A DNA stretch of 64,000 bases from Raillietiella orientalis (taxonomy: Eukaryota): the NCBI GenBank assembly GCA_036172245.1, contig JAYWIR010000019.1:62001-126000 (forward strand), given 5' to 3'. The notes beneath the pieces are model-generated. The model worked only from the letters and a program-made list of their open reading frames with translations, was not told the origin of the DNA and did not search any database. Positions 50,091-64,000 of this stretch are shown here, piece by piece (within the stretch, counting starts at the first letter, position 1; the number at the start of each line of letters is the position of its first letter). Made by a program: the position numbers and the translations under genes.

Positions 50091-53000
50091 TCATTCCCAG
50101 CTTTTCCTAAGTTGAACTCACCAGGCAGGCCGCATGCTAGCAGAGAAATCTCCAGCAATGAGAAGGATGTAATAGGAGTTGCTATCCCACTACGAATGGA
50201 TGACCTTTTAAAAAAAAAAAAAAAAGGATGACTTTATACGCGAATCAATTTTACAACAAACGCCCTGGCGTGACAGTGTGTAAACAAAAGCTGCCCAGAA
50301 ACAAGACCTTGCTGTAACTGATGACGTGCTATTGAAGTGACCCCGTGTGCTACCTGGGAGGAAATGAGCATTTTGCCTCCTGACGCTGTGGTCACTTGGA
50401 CAGTTGCATTACTTCCTAAACACGCAGAACTTTCTTAAAGCTGATGTTTCCTCTAGACGCAAGGTCCGGGCAAGCAAATTCGTGCCCCCTTGTTAAAGAC
50501 GAATTCAAAGATGAGGTCATTTCTATGTGAGCTTTGATTTTGATCAGATCATTTCAACTCTCGCTGGAAGCTTTCACGAGGTTCGTCTGCTCTCCGAAGT
50601 AAATGTTACGCAATCCATCCATTTACACCTTTTTTTTTTTTGGAGCCTTCCTCAAAATGTTTTTATAATAACTACACAGTAATAGTACGTTATACATGAA
50701 CTTTAAGAAAGATCCACATTGTTTATCAAGCAGTTTCTTCAAAAATAGCAAAATCAGAATTTTAATGGAAAAAGCATTAATAGGAGACGTAGGATAAAGC
50801 CGCCATCAATCCTTTGTTTTTCTGGAAAAAATGGAAAACTCTGGAGATGTTGTGTTGGTTGCATGGATTTTGCTCATCGCTCAGGAAATGTCCCGGTTCT
50901 TCAATCTCCAAGGTGTTTCGGGTTTGATCTCCCCCAATTCTGTAAGAGGCTCCCCATTACGATGCCGGGATGCCAAATGCTTTCCCATCATATCTGCTGA
51001 ATTTATACCCTCATTTCCGCTTGGATTGCTAATTTTCTGAATCAACCCATAGTCTGGGACATTGTCTCTAATTTTGTCATATTTCATCAGATTTTAAATG
51101 GCAGCCTTCTTTCTTTTTCATCTCTTGGAATAATCCTCGAAAACAAGGGTTCTTGCCTTGGCCCATAAAATGGGATCCATCCGAAACACCATGGGTAAAC
51201 TCACCCTTAGACATTCGGACGTTTTCTCAAGTCTTCACTATCTTCGGTTTCATTTTTTTAAGGTCCTTTTTAAAATGTTGGTAAGTATGTCGCTCATGTT
51301 CTCAGTGTCTCCACCTCGCAACCTTGGATGGAGTCTCGTTCTTGAGCCGAGTTTTCAATCACTTCACTTGGTTTGTAAGCATCGGATTATGCACATGCTG
51401 GATGGCGATTCTGACTGAAATACTCCTTCCACTTCTTAAATCCATCACATCCAAAGCTGTTTCTTTTAGCAGAAGCCGGTTTCTAGAAGAACCTTTGCTG
51501 CAAGCGTAGGTCCCACTCTCCCTTCTTTTATCCTTTGCGGTTCATTGATGTGTTGTCGGGTCAGGCACTTTCAGAAAATTAAGCACTCAAAGTGAGCTCC
51601 TTGGCGAATGTGGCAAGGAAAGGCAGAGGTTCCGGAAAGCCTTTGGATTTTTTTAAGAGCACGAATTTTCCTTTTGGTGAATCGAAAAGAGATCTTATGG
51701 AATTTCGGCAGTTACATTTAGGAAAAAGCCTCACACACGTGCACGTGACGAAAGAGTTTCTGGAACAAGGAAGTCCGCTGGATTGAAAACAGATCGAACG
51801 GGAAATAGGTCAACTCTTTTGGGCCTTGCGGTGCTGCGGCTTTATTAAACCCAGGAACCTCAAATTTAACGGAACTTTTTGCTCCTCGAGAGGACGTGGC
51901 AACTTTCGGTCTTTCGCGATGGTCCCTACGCAGAGATAGAAAACACACACACACACACAAAAAAAAGGGCTGTCCCAGGAAGATCGTAGCAAATTGGAAT
52001 TTTCCTCTTCTGACGCATTTTCCCCGTTTCTTTTCCCATCCCCTGGAATTATTATTGCATCCTCCATTATTTTCATCTGCTGATTTCCAATTCTGTGGAA
52101 CGGTGAGCTGGCACTCGAAAATCTTTACTCCGGTTCTGTGCAGCGTGGTTCAGCAAATCGAGGTTTTCCCCGAGACATTTGGCGCTGTTTGGTTTCCCTT
52201 CCGGAATTCTCTCTGGTAATTCGATTTCCTCTGCGCAAAGCGATTTCGATTTTTCATCCGAAATTTCAATCGATGTTTGATTTGGCGCTTTTCCATACGT
52301 GACATGCGCAGAAGAGAGCAACTGGGAAGATGGAATTCCGCTTCCGAGAGGATTCGCTCAATATCCTCTCCAAATCTTGAGGCGTCCAACTCTGTACAGT
52401 GGATTGGATGCCCTCCCCCCCCCCCCCCATAGCATGAAGAGGATTCGCGTGGGACGCGACGGGGGAAAGCCCTCCCCCCTCCAAAAAAAAAATAAAAATA
52501 AAATAAAAATAAAAAATGGCGGCATCCCTCCTACACGTACGCAGCAAATCAGCCCCGTACGACGTTGTGTATAAATTCAATTTTGTGGAACGGTGCCCGT
52601 GCAGCTGTTTGCAAAAGAACACGAACACGCAGGCCGGATTCCATTTTATTCAAATTTTCGTTAATAAAGCAGCTTCAAGATGCGAATCTCCGCAAGGAGG
52701 GCGGCAGAGCTGAAAGCATGGAATGGAGGAATCGATGAAACATCAACAAAACGAACTTGAAAAAGCTTTTCTATCTTTTTGGTTTCATTTAAATGATGAG
52801 TGAAGACTTGATTTTTTTCGTTTCGGTTCAACGGGAAATAATCCGTTCGAGGTCCATGCTATAATTCTTACAAACGCCATGATGGCATCCACGTGTGACC
52901 CCTCAAGCGGTGCGTGTCCCCTCGTGCTGTACAGGGGTCTGCTGTGATTTGTTTTCACTTTTCTGAGTAGCTCTTGCTAACATTGCAACCGAAAAAAGAA

Positions 53001-56000
53001 AAGCAAACACAAACAGCCGCAGAGCACCTCCATCGTAAAAAACAAAAAACACACAAAAAAATGAGGTCTTCGCTGAAAATTCCTTCTTGGGCGTAATTTC
53101 GAGCTTTTTGAAAGGCAAGTGGGAATGAGGTATCTCGTGAGGATGTGGAAATGAATCCGAGCGGTTCGCGCTGGTGTCCCTCGTTAGCGGGAAGTGGAAG
53201 TGCATCTTCTCCTGCCTATGACTGTGGACGGACCACGCTGGGGATGTTTCTTAGATGAGCTTCTTCAGGGCCTTAGGGATTTCGCAACCTTTAATCTCGT
53301 ATGGATGAAACAAAAGATCTTCTGATTTCGGTTAGTCAGCACTGACTTTGTACTGGAGCACATTGCCTCGCCTCTTCTTAGTTGATTGCTGGATCTTCCC
53401 CTGTCTCAGACGGGGTTTCGTGATGCTCCTTGACTTTAACACTTGATGAAGGTATGAAGTCTTCGAGGTTCGTTTTGATCCCTTGGTGCATGCAAACTTC
53501 CAAGTTTTGATATTCCTGCTGATGGAAGTGTGTGGGCCCGTCGGTTGAGGCGAGCACATTTTGTCCAGAAAGTGGGAAAGACATGGCAGTGGGAAAAAAA
53601 ACTGTTGCTGCTCTGATGCAGCAAAGCGTCTGTTATGTTCTTCGAGCACGAACTCAATCGCTGCAGGTCACTTCCTCGAGCAACGTTAAACTGGCTCGTT
53701 CGGCTCTTCCCGTGCAGGAATATTTGAAAATCATGGGAAAGAGTTGAAGAGAGACAGACGGAGACGATGGTGGAGACCGCCTTTTTCCCCTGTCAGCGCC
53801 TTCACCTGATTCAATCCCCCTATTAACATTTATTGTTTTACGTACGAAAATTTGAATAAAGCACCGTCCAGACCTCGGTTTACACTCATCTTCTCTTTTC
53901 TAAAAGATTCCGCGAAGTAGCATCGAGATACAACGAGTGGGAAAAGCCTGCTTTTTCGCAACCTTGAACACGAATCCATTTTTTCGTTCCTCTTTTTCTT
54001 TTTTTGCCTAACCCACCCCACATCGCCAGTGATTTCCAGAACTGAAAGACCAATTTGTTCAGATCTCCTCCTAACATGGCCTCAAGAGATCAAGACACTA
54101 CACTTCCTGATGTCTGCACACCGCTCACGATTGCGTGCTGCTTTCAGCCCGACTGCGTCTGTTTAAGCTGCTTGTCTGGATCGTCATCGAATAATGGTCC
54201 CGCTACAGCTGCATTCACAGCCTCTCTGTCAAACCAACGTCTGGAAACTTTCTGGTCGGCGGGCTGGATCCAGGTGACGGGCTCGTTTGGGTGGATGGAA
54301 GTGAGCTTTCGGGTTCCACATCCTTGGTAACACTGTACACGTTTGTGGCATGACTCACGACTGAATTCCTGCCTTACGAACTGTGCGGATATGATGTGTC
54401 GGACGTGCATGGACAAGAAAGAAATCGATTACACACATCCTGAATCATAGTACCTGCAGCGTCAACCTCGAATCTCGCTAAGGGACGACGAAGCAGTAGC
54501 AAGTATCCAAGAAAAATTTGCAGCTGGTGGCCTGCAACCGGGAATTCACCCATGATCCCCTCTTGACATTCTACTCTGTGCTTCGGGGAGAGAAAAAGAG
54601 TTGCATCTTGGATGCCACCTGCTCATTCGAAAGCTCCCCAGAAGCTTCGGGGGAGTTCGGGCGAAGAAAAGGGAAAGCAAATTGAAGACAACAGCAGCGC
54701 TCCACTCCTCACGTCAAAGGAGTTGAATCAGCCTCCGCTCCAGCAAATGAGATCCTCCTCTCCTCGCATGATATAAACACTGAATAAATTAAATGTAAGC
54801 GGGGATAGAAGGGATGTACACTCAGTTGTACGTGCCCCAAGAACTCAACTCAAGCACCAGCAAACTCGTATGCACTCCAAAAATTCGTACTGTCCTAAGG
54901 AGAAACAAGTTTCGTTGAAGGACCTGCAAAAGACTTGATCTGTAAACTAGGTCATCAGTCTTGCCAATTGACCATCTTTCTGGCGATACGTGAATGTCTG
55001 CGCCCAGGGGAGGGAGCAAATTAATAGCAAGAATAAACATTCCTGTGGTTGATTTGTTTCATCTCTGAAATGGAATCTGGAACCTCAGGGCTTCCGATTA
55101 GCCTCTCTCGCGGGATCATCTGGTGTGTTCTTGTGACTGCTCATGCCACGCCAAGAGGAAGCAGAATGATGGAACCTTCAGTGACTCCTCTCAAGGCAGA
55201 ATCGCGTAAAATTAAATCATCACTGATCGTGAGCACGGGTGGATGGAGGAGAGATTGCTTGCTTACTGCATGCACGGAGTGGAAGGCAGAAATTGAGATT
55301 GTGAGCTATGTGTGTGTGTGTGTGTGTTCCACAGTGCTTCAGTACTCTGTGAAGACTGAAGAGATCTTGTGAGACAGGGGACGATTGTCTGATGCAGCTG
55401 TTTCATGGAAACATCATGAAATCCATAGAGGAACAAATTCAACTTCAACTCTGCTCGGAGGCACCTCAATCAGTTTTGTCGCCCTGACAAGAATCCATTG
55501 GAAGCAAGAGAAATTTGATCTGCACCATTTCTGAACATTACGTCCTTTAATAATAGTCTCAGAAGGTCTTCGATGCCAATTGGTCATACAAATAAAGTGA
55601 GAAGCGCTCAGGGACAGAGTAACCATACAGATTTCGACGGCTAAGGAGGAAATTGCAAATATGGTGTTCACGAACGCCTTTAGGAGACTTTAAGGAGACT
55701 ACTGTGAAGTCAATTTAAGTTTACTGGGACTTGTGAAACGTGACGGCATCGGAAAGAGAGACTCTAAAGTGGATGAAAAGGACACAGAAGAAGCTTAGCT
55801 TCCGACCTGAACCATCCGACAGTATGCAAAGTCCTGATGGAACCACCTAGAGGTAGAGATTGAACGTATCTTCTGGGGAATCATCCCTGCAGCTCAGTAC
55901 CAGAAAAGGTCAATGCTGAGGATACCCTCATTTAGCAGCTGCGGCTTGAGAAGGTTTGCTCACGATTTTCTACAGAACTGATATCAGAAAACGCGGTCCA

Positions 56001-57129
56001 CTAGGAGGGAGCTACTATGTGAGCTGCTGGATGGGGGCAATTGACGGGAGGCGATGTCTCCTTCCAACACACCATGGCCAGGAATGAGGTGTAGATCCAC
56101 ACAAGGAGCAAGGCCGACTCCATCTTTTCCCTAAGAACTGCGAAAAGATGGAGACTGTCGAAACAACAGCAAGGAAGTTTAGATAAGGGAAAGACACGAA
56201 ATCTCGAGGCGTTCCACAACTGTCTTGCTGACTTTTGACCAGCAAGAATCCCGTGATCAGAGAGGGAAACAGTAGGATATCCTCTTATACAATCAGTTAG
56301 AGGAAGTTAACATGCATACGTTATTCGGAGGACTTTGGAATTCTCGGAAGGACTCAACTGGCCCGTGTTGGTCAGCTCGGTCCAGATCTTCGTCTGTGTG
56401 GTCTAATGAGGTATGACATTCGTGGTCGCTAACCTAGAAGGGACGATGAGGTTTCTGGTAAGCTGAATACATGGCTCTCAGAGGGCTTCGATCAACGAAA
56501 GATGACTCTGCAAGTTTCCGGATGGCAAGAAGCTGTAATCAGAGATGGTGACTATCTGGAGGAAGAACGGTACTTGTGAAGGTGAAATGTGTGAATATTC
56601 TTGCAATCAATTCAAGCAGCATTCCTAGTGAGGAAGAAACTCGTGGAGGCAAGACTTTTTGTGTGACCTCTCGTGAAAGAAACTCTATCTTTTCTGGGAT
56701 CTAGAGATGTGATCCATCAGGTGATGTGGTCTAGAGATGACACCGCTTGCAGAACAAGCTCTACATCGTCACAAGGAAAGATAAAGAAAGAGGCTGGAGA
56801 ATTGGTGCCGTCTGAAACCGCCGTGAGAGCTAGTTGTTCGCCCTTCTGAGGACTTCGGAGGATAGTGGCAAGAAAACCGAAAAGAAAAAAAAAACTTTGA
56901 AGGATGCTTGGCACTTCGGACGCATCGGCTCTCAGGACGGGATTTCGCTTCGCCGCCCACAGATCCGTCGGGTTGTTCGGTGATGGAGGAATTCCTTGGA
57001 GGCTGAGAGTGCTGAAGGGAGACCCCTTCCGCTGCCTCGCGAGAAGGAAAGACGCTCATTGAGCCTGCAACTGAGACGATGGGATACAGACAGGCGTGTG
57101 TCCAGCTGCCAGCATCTGGCGCCCGCGCG

Positions 57130-60100
57130 CACGTGAGTTTGTGTTCGCATGTCGACCGTCCTACATCCCCGCGTGCCCCTTCAGCACTAAAGGAGGAAGG
57201 GTAACTGGGGAGAAGGTTAGAGTGCAATGCACTCGCAGTTCCTCTGAAACTTTCTCTCGGTTCGTGGACTCTGTTTTTTGCATGTCGAGTGTGGTCAAGA
57301 GGAACTGACCGAACCCTGACTGCAGGACGATTCTCGACTGTCTCTCTCCTCCCCTCTCGTTTCCCGTGGTCTGAAAACTGCTCTTCCACGTGGAACAGGA
57401 GCTGGTCCCACGAATAATCTTTCCGATCCGTTTGCCTGCTTATCGTCCAGCTTGCCAGAGTTACGGTAACGCACATCCCACCCGTCGGTCGTCATCACCG
57501 GCGGAGGGTCCCTGCCCCCAGCGCTTATCTTCTCTTGCCCAACGGAGGGGATCACGTGATGGTCGCCAACGGCTGTTCACGTCCCATTAGCCTGCCCAGG
57601 ATTTCCGAGCGGGTTCGATCGTCGCGCTAGCAGCTTCCGCGCATGCGCGCGCGTCCGAGACGCCGCTCCTTCGAGCGACATGTGGTGGAGGAGGCGGGGC
57701 GGGAAAGGAACAAGCTGCAAGGTTCCTTGGAGGAGGAAGACTTGCTTTCGTCCAGAGTCTTTCGCTCCCGGGTATGGCGGTGGCGCATATGCTCCACGAG
57801 GACCGCTCCTCTCTTTTCGTCGATGTAGCCAGCGGCCGCTTCCTGCTGCCTCCGCACTGCGCCTCGAACGAAAGCCGGCGAACCTCTTTCCTTACGGACA
57901 TCTACTGCGTGCGCCCGAGACACGGAGTCGCGAAGCGGAACTTTATGGGGCGGGCAAGTTCCGGAAAGGCATCCTGAAAGTGGGTTGGGATCCAGAATCT
58001 GGCAACAGCCCGTCTGGAGAAAGGAAGTTACGTGAGATTCTCGAAGGCTTTGGTCTCTTCAACTTCTATTTCTAAGGAGGAAGATGGACAGAAGTGTATG
58101 TGTGAGGAGGGAGAAATCTCTCTAGGGAGTGGCTCTAGAGGCTGCCCATCTCTACCCGATTCCGCTACGGAGGCGTCGGCGAGTGGAAAGGGGGTGATGG
58201 GAAGAACGCAGGGTCTACGAGACTTCGTCTTCGGGTCCCGGATGCACAAGGGAACCCCTTAGTTTCATTCCGGGATAGGAACTTCCGGCAACTGGAGGGT
58301 CTGCGTGCCTCTGATCTTTGTCTGATCTGGCACGTGGAGAGCCACTCGAAAGTGGTGAGACGTGTCCTCTTTTTTTAGGGATGCCTCAAAGAAACTCGAG
58401 AGACCGTGGAAGGAGAGAGGTGTAGTCCTTCCCCAGAGAAAGAAGCACAGACAGCGATCGAATCGCGCCTCATCGGTCGCTGGAAAATCGCCATCTCTTT
58501 TTATTTCATTTTATTAATTTTATCTTACATCCTCCTCCCTTCTCTCCGAGCAGGAAGAAAGTCGTGGTCTTGCTTGCAAGATAGCGCCCTACCGTTTCTC
58601 GTAGTTCGATGTGCGAGAGAGCAGGGACGTGCGGCAGCTGAGAGTATTTGCATGCATCTCAGATTGCATGAGGATGAAGGGAGGGTGCAAGAGAAGAGGG
58701 AGGGAGGGCAAGGGGCCATAGGAGAAGTAGAGGGAGAACCAAGAGTAGGAGGAAATAGGCTTGTGGATCCTGAACGAACTCGGCGATCACGATCTGCAGG
58801 TGGTTGCGATTCACACGTTGGAAGCAGATGGCGTCCGCAGAGTCCGGGCTAGAAGATTCCATAGCCATCCAGGAGACCATTCATTCGCAGTGTTTGCTTC
58901 GGGTAGAATGGGAGGAGAGATCTGCCTGGGGAAAGGAAAGGTAGTTGCGTCTCTTCCTGATCCATTTGTGGATTGACCAGCAGAACGCTCGTCAAGCACA
59001 TAGAAAGGGAAAACGAAAAACAGCCTGCTGACCTGCTAGCTACGACCTTTATGAGATCAGCACGTGGAGCTGCAGCTCAAACACGTTTCGAGAGCTTTCA
59101 GAGCAATGCAGCGCCCACTAGTGACCGAGACACCTGACTGCCATTCAAACCTGCGCGCGCAAGAGTTTATTCAATGCGCGCGCGCCACCGAGTGATTGCC
59201 TGGGTCGCTTGGCACGCTGGGAGTGGGCAGGCACCTGAGGTTGAAAAATTGCTTTTCGAACGGACGGGTGCCCCTCTTAAGGCGCTGATCGACGCGAACC
59301 AAAGAGTGGGCGACCCCATAGTCTGGACCTCTTGGGCACGAGAGCTCCGCCGCTTTTCACGGCCAACATGACCCGATTTTCGTCTTCAGGAGAGTAACCG
59401 ATTGCTCGAATGAGCCTGCTTCCTTATGGGCGGACGTGAAGACGTCGGAAAATATTAACAGCAATGAGTAGGTGTGAAAGTTTCACCGCTGATGGTTTCA
59501 TCCTCGCGGAAGCAACAAACTCTGCGGCCACTCACTCACTTGGACTGCGGTAACTGCATTCGAAAGGAACAGATTTTAATTACAGGTCATCATCACGTGA
59601 ACATATGCTGCGCCTTTCAGTAAACCTCGGCAGAATCCACGAACGCGAAAGTCCTTTTTGATTTATTTTTTTTTTTTTTTGATGGATTCCGCGATCTGTT
59701 CTGACCTCGAAATCCACAGTCAGTAAGTGGACTGTGCGAGAATATCCTGTGTATCTACAATATCGTATCGCAAAAAATAAATAAAATAAAATAAATCAGA
59801 AGGAAGGAAGACAAGATTAGAAGGAAAACGACCTTTCGGAATCACGAAGCGTGCTTCGCACGCACTGTACACAAAAACACTTGACCTCGAAGAGCATGAA
59901 TCTCTCTCACCTTAACACGTATTAAGATGTCCTTAACGGTCCATCGACGTTTGTGCGGCTTACCTAACTATCCAAAGAAAAAAGGGGAAAAAAAATGCAC
60001 AAAAGTTTCTTTTCCCAGGAAGGAAAGGCGAATTTTCGTCTGTGTGCTACCATACAACTGGAGAACGCGGAGCTGCAGCCCACCTGCACGCGAGGAGGCG

Positions 60101-63100
60101 CGTTCGGGCCTACGTCAGGCTAGCCGTAACCTAGGATGCGCAGCTTAGAGACGCCAGTTCCGGAAGGAGGGGGGGGGGACGCGGCATTGTTGATCATTTT
60201 CCAAAATTAGCCCCTGAGTGTACCCCACCGTTGTCCATTTTTCGTCTCCCCGTTGGTGTGGCTCACGGAAGGCTCACGTGGAAAGAGCTCTCCCCCTCCG
60301 TCTCCCCAGCTTCCCTCCTTCTCTCCTCTTCGCACAAGCTAGCAGTCGCACGCAAACTGTTCCGGGGTCTGCAAAAATTCGCGGACGCCCTTCGTTAGCG
60401 AAATGAACGTGAAGAGGGAGGGGGGGGAGGACCTGCGTTTTGCTAACTGAGTTTGCCGTACTGCCTTTCCCGCCGTTTGTATTCGTAGACAGCCCAAAGT
60501 CCGACTTGGCTGCTTGAACTGTGTGTGTTTTTGGGATTTCCTCTGAGCTATTGGTTGCTTTGGATACCGTGGCACACGCTGCAGGCGTGTGTGTCCTCTT
60601 TTGAACGTCAGGCTTGGACATTTCCAGCGGAAATTTAAAATGGGTTCGAACCACATGCTGGGCCGGAAAAGGAATTAGAGAAAACGGCACACGTGGGCTT
60701 GGAAAAACAAAAGGATCAGGAAACTGGAGAAGGCAGTTCCTTACGAGGCGGGGAGGGAGATGGAGCAGGCACCAAGGGGTGGAAACGGAACGGCGGCTCA
60801 CCATGCGTTATCCCTAACCTCTAGGAGCGCGTGCGCTCCCACCCATTTCGAGGGAGCGATGACAAGGCATGAGGGGCGGGGGGGGAGGTTGAAAGATGCT
60901 GTGCCTCCGGCGCGTTTGCGGAGGTTCCCACGTGAGCGCGCTCTTCCGGGCGCGGGTCCTTTTGCCATCCCTTCCTTCCTGAAATGCCCGCACGGTTTCA
61001 TGTTTTGCACTTCCCCGATTTTAGGGGCTCCCCCGGTTCGGGGAGGAGGTCCGACGAGCGACCCGCGATCCCTGCAGAGACCTTTCCGGACGCAGGTCAT
61101 CTGCCTCCCCGACGGACCCCCCCGAGCAGGCGTCTCCCTTTCTGTTCGCACTCGCTTTCGCTTCCTGCCCTTCCTCCTTCCGGGGTAACAGAGAGATCGC
61201 GGACCCGAACGACAACGATGACGACGACCTGCCTTCAGCGTCATGTCCTCTGTGCTAGTTCTCGGCAGCGAGGTGTGGGATGGAGCCGAGGGGCGAGGTT
61301 CCCCCTCCGGGCAGTTTGAAGGGAAGGAGGGCTTGCCGCGCATCCCTGCACGCGGACATCGCCCTCGAAAGCCGGACGTCTCGCCTGGGTGACCGAACGT
61401 CCCGTCGATCGATTCCAGACGCTGGTGGGGGGGGGATTCCTGCGCGGTCGAGGAAGCTGGATCGAGAGCTGAAAAGGAAGAGGCGAAGAGAAGGCGTTCC
61501 TCCTCCTCCCCCTCCTTCTTCTCTTTCCCACTGAGTCCTCTTCGCTGCCTGTTTCTGTCTGCACTTCCTGTGGCCGTGGCGCCTCCCTCACTCCGGAAGG
61601 CAGCAGCGGGAACGCCCTTCACTCTCAGCTCTCAGACGGGGGGGAGGAAGGGATGAGAAGGATTCGTGGCGTTGCTGGAAGACTCGGTGACCTTGCTCCT
61701 CTCTATTTTTCCCTCCATCCCCTCCTCACTGGTGTGAAAGTGAAATCCAAACGAAGAGTCATCTCTGGACATTTTTTTTCCTTTTTTTTTTTTTTTTCAA
61801 GGAGATGGGGGGGGGGGGGGGGATGAACTCCTTTAGCTTCCATGTTCCGGTTCTTCCTCTTGGAGTCCCCTGGTTCGTGAGCTGCTCTAGAACGGAACGA
61901 GCGGGAGGCGGCCAACGACCGCAGCTTCCTCTAGTGCCTGCAAGAGGGCAGAAACCTTCGGCGCGCCTGAGCTGCCGCGGCTCTCCTGCTCCTCCTCTCG
62001 GATTCCCTTGGGTGAGGTCCGACATCCGGATGCCGGGCGCGAGTTCCGCTCCGGGAAATTTCCCAGCCTCGTCTCGCCTCAAGGAGCCCGCAGGATCTCG
62101 GGGATGGCAACGGGCACACGGCAGGAGGCCAGGAGTCTCAGCCTCGGCAACGAACGCGCGCCAGGGATTTTCCGGAAGGTTTCCGGGAGACGAGGGAGGG
62201 GTGCATCGGAAAGCGGTTCCCGAACCGGAGGGGGTACGCGAGCAGCGACCGGCGCAGCGCAGTCCGTGCCGACGGCCCCCTCGGACGCGCGCGTGCGCGC
62301 ACGCTCGCTCGCGAACAAGCGCGAAATCTTCACTGCCAGCGGGAAGGCGGGAGAAGACTTTCATGGGCCCTCGAGTGCGCGGACCACGGCCTGGCGACGC
62401 CCGAGAACGGCGATCCGCCGCCGAGACACGCGCGGCCCGCGGGCTGTTTTGCCCGGCCTCTGTTCCTTCCTTCCCCCCCCCCCTCTCTTCTTCTCGCCCC
62501 GCGAGGCGTGCCCTATCCCCTTGCGATGCCCCCTCCCCGCCTTCTCCTCCTCGAAACCCACCGTTTGTCGGCCGCCCCGCGCGTGAAATCGGCAATTTCT
62601 CGCCGCGGAGACGGACCTTCCTCCGAAGCGGCGGCGTCTTTCCTCCGCCGTTTATCTCTTTGGCAACGCACCGAGCGAGCGAGTTCCTCCGGAGATGATT
62701 ACGGAGGTCTGCACTAGGCAGGAAGTAATTTGAATGATCCGGGGAGAGAAGAGAGAGCGGATGGACAGTCGGAATCCCTCGGGACGAGAAAACCAACTCC
62801 GACCCTCCCACCTTCTCCTTCCCATTCCAGACTGAGCCATGGCCTTCTATCCGCCATGCACCTTTGGTTTCAGCTCCTCGTTGACCCCGCCCGATTATTA
62901 TCATCACTATTTTCATGCCAATATGCTTGAGGAACCTGCATAGTACAAAGGTGCATATGCACATGTGAAGACTGTGTGTGTACGTAAGGTACGTTTACAC
63001 GTGAATGTGCCCTCGGCAGTGAAAGTGAGTGCGAAGCGATGTGCATTCGCGAAACGTATGTACTTATGGTGTATGTGGGGCGAACCACTGCATGCCGGCA

Positions 63101-63322
63101 CGCCTCACGTGGGGGGTTTGCCACAGGAGGCGAGCTGGTTCCATGGGGCTCGACCCACTCTGCAATAAGGCGCGGGAAGCAAAACTGACCTCGACCGGTT
63201 TCAAGGTTGTGGAAGTTCGGACGCAGCCTTGCGTCCATCCACCGAAGTCCTCTCTTGACCCCGTGAGGATGGATCCCCGGATGCCATCCTCAAATGGTGT
63301 TCTCCGTGTTGGTTCTCACGTG
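57130..63322. promoter_or_regulatory. Cluster of 12 canonical E-boxes (CACGTG)
   Basis: CACGTG starts at 57130, 57387, 57553, 58331, 59061, 59594, 60275, 60690, 60929, 62998, 63106 and 63317. Confidence 0.6.
61900..62700. promoter_or_regulatory. CpG island-like GC-rich non-coding segment
   Basis: Very high GC and CpG content, (CG)n-like runs at ~62285-62310, long G/C homopolymers nearby; overlapping ORFs are low-complexity R/G/P/A. Confidence 0.45.
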
Positions 63323-64000
63323 CAGTGCAGTCAGAGCAGCGTATACATTATAACATACACGCCTAATTTATATGCGTACGCTTCCCGTAATCAGCAGATT
63401 TACAATGGATCCACTTCTTCAGTGAATGAACACACCGTGGCATCATCGTACGTGCTTGTACTGCTGTGAACTACCCTTTGTTCCTTTGTCCGTGTGTGCG
63501 ATATCCAAGACGGTGTATGCAGATCGGATGCTGCAAGCGGGATGTGCACGCAGCGAGATAGGTTTTCACACGTACCTATGAGAGCAACACCCTCTTTGTA
63601 CAGTCGTCTGCCGCAAGTTCTTCCACCCGGACGTCGCTCGCTGAACCGCCGTCGGAGCCGTGGCCGCAGGCCGATTCGCGCGGTCTGCACAGTGCAGCCT
63701 GCGTCGGAAGGAAGCTGCATCCCGAAGTTCCAACCCACCTGAAACGAAGTGATGCATCCGTCGGATGCGAGCACGAGACGAGAGGGGGGGGGGGGAGTCA
63801 GCGCCTCTTTCGAAAACACCGGGCGGAAAACCTTCCCACTGTGCAGAGAACAAGTGCCACGGTGAAATACAGTCCACGGCCAGACTTGCATGTCCAGTGC
63901 TGCATTGTTCCTCCGCACAAAGAGGAAAACGCGTGGGGTCGTGGAAATGAAAGCAAAGCGGAACCTGGCCGTTTCCATTTCACCAGCAGCACAAGAGCTC

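Noticed and set aside
54800..56800. Possible endogenous RNA-virus fragment (stop-riddled, protein-like + strand frames)
   Set aside because: No polymerase, glycoprotein or nucleoprotein motif could be identified; it would need a BLASTx hit.
57600..57630. tRNA T-loop-like GGTTCGAT
   Set aside because: The T stem has a mismatch, and there is no D arm, anticodon arm or acceptor stem.
60798..62964. Long ORFs (274, 297, 401 aa) in the GC-rich right end
   Set aside because: Low-complexity R/G/P/A translations on both strands, running through homopolymers; expected in a CpG island.
1..64000. CRISPR arrays, rRNA, tRNA, prokaryotic operons, alternative genetic code
   Set aside because: None seen. 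All conserved genes have eukaryotic structure and translate cleanly with the standard code.

Overview
Eukaryotic (invertebrate, arthropod-like) nuclear DNA with very short spliceosomal introns and a mosaic base composition. Six conserved genes can be reconstructed exon by exon: mitochondrial 2-oxoglutarate/malate carrier SLC25A11 (-), mitochondrial prolyl-tRNA synthetase PARS2 (+), a very GC-rich CEP83/CCDC41-like centriole distal-appendage gene (-), cohesin loader MAU2/Scc4 (+), SCO copper chaperone (-) and an intronless TRMT112 (+). There is also a phase-consistent multi-exon orphan gene candidate (about 17.3-18.5 kb, -), three decayed L1/Tx1-type LINE copies and a piggyBac transposase relic. 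The most notable unexplained signals are: a ~500-nt stretch packed with tetraloop hairpins (60-545) that shares a 3'-end motif with the neighbouring LINE; 12 canonical CACGTG E-boxes in ~6.2 kb at the right end; a CpG-depleted versus CpG-rich mosaic; and several short introns whose reading frame requires skipping the first AG. I cannot demonstrate a new biological system from the sequence alone. All protein assignments are from recalled motifs, not database searches.
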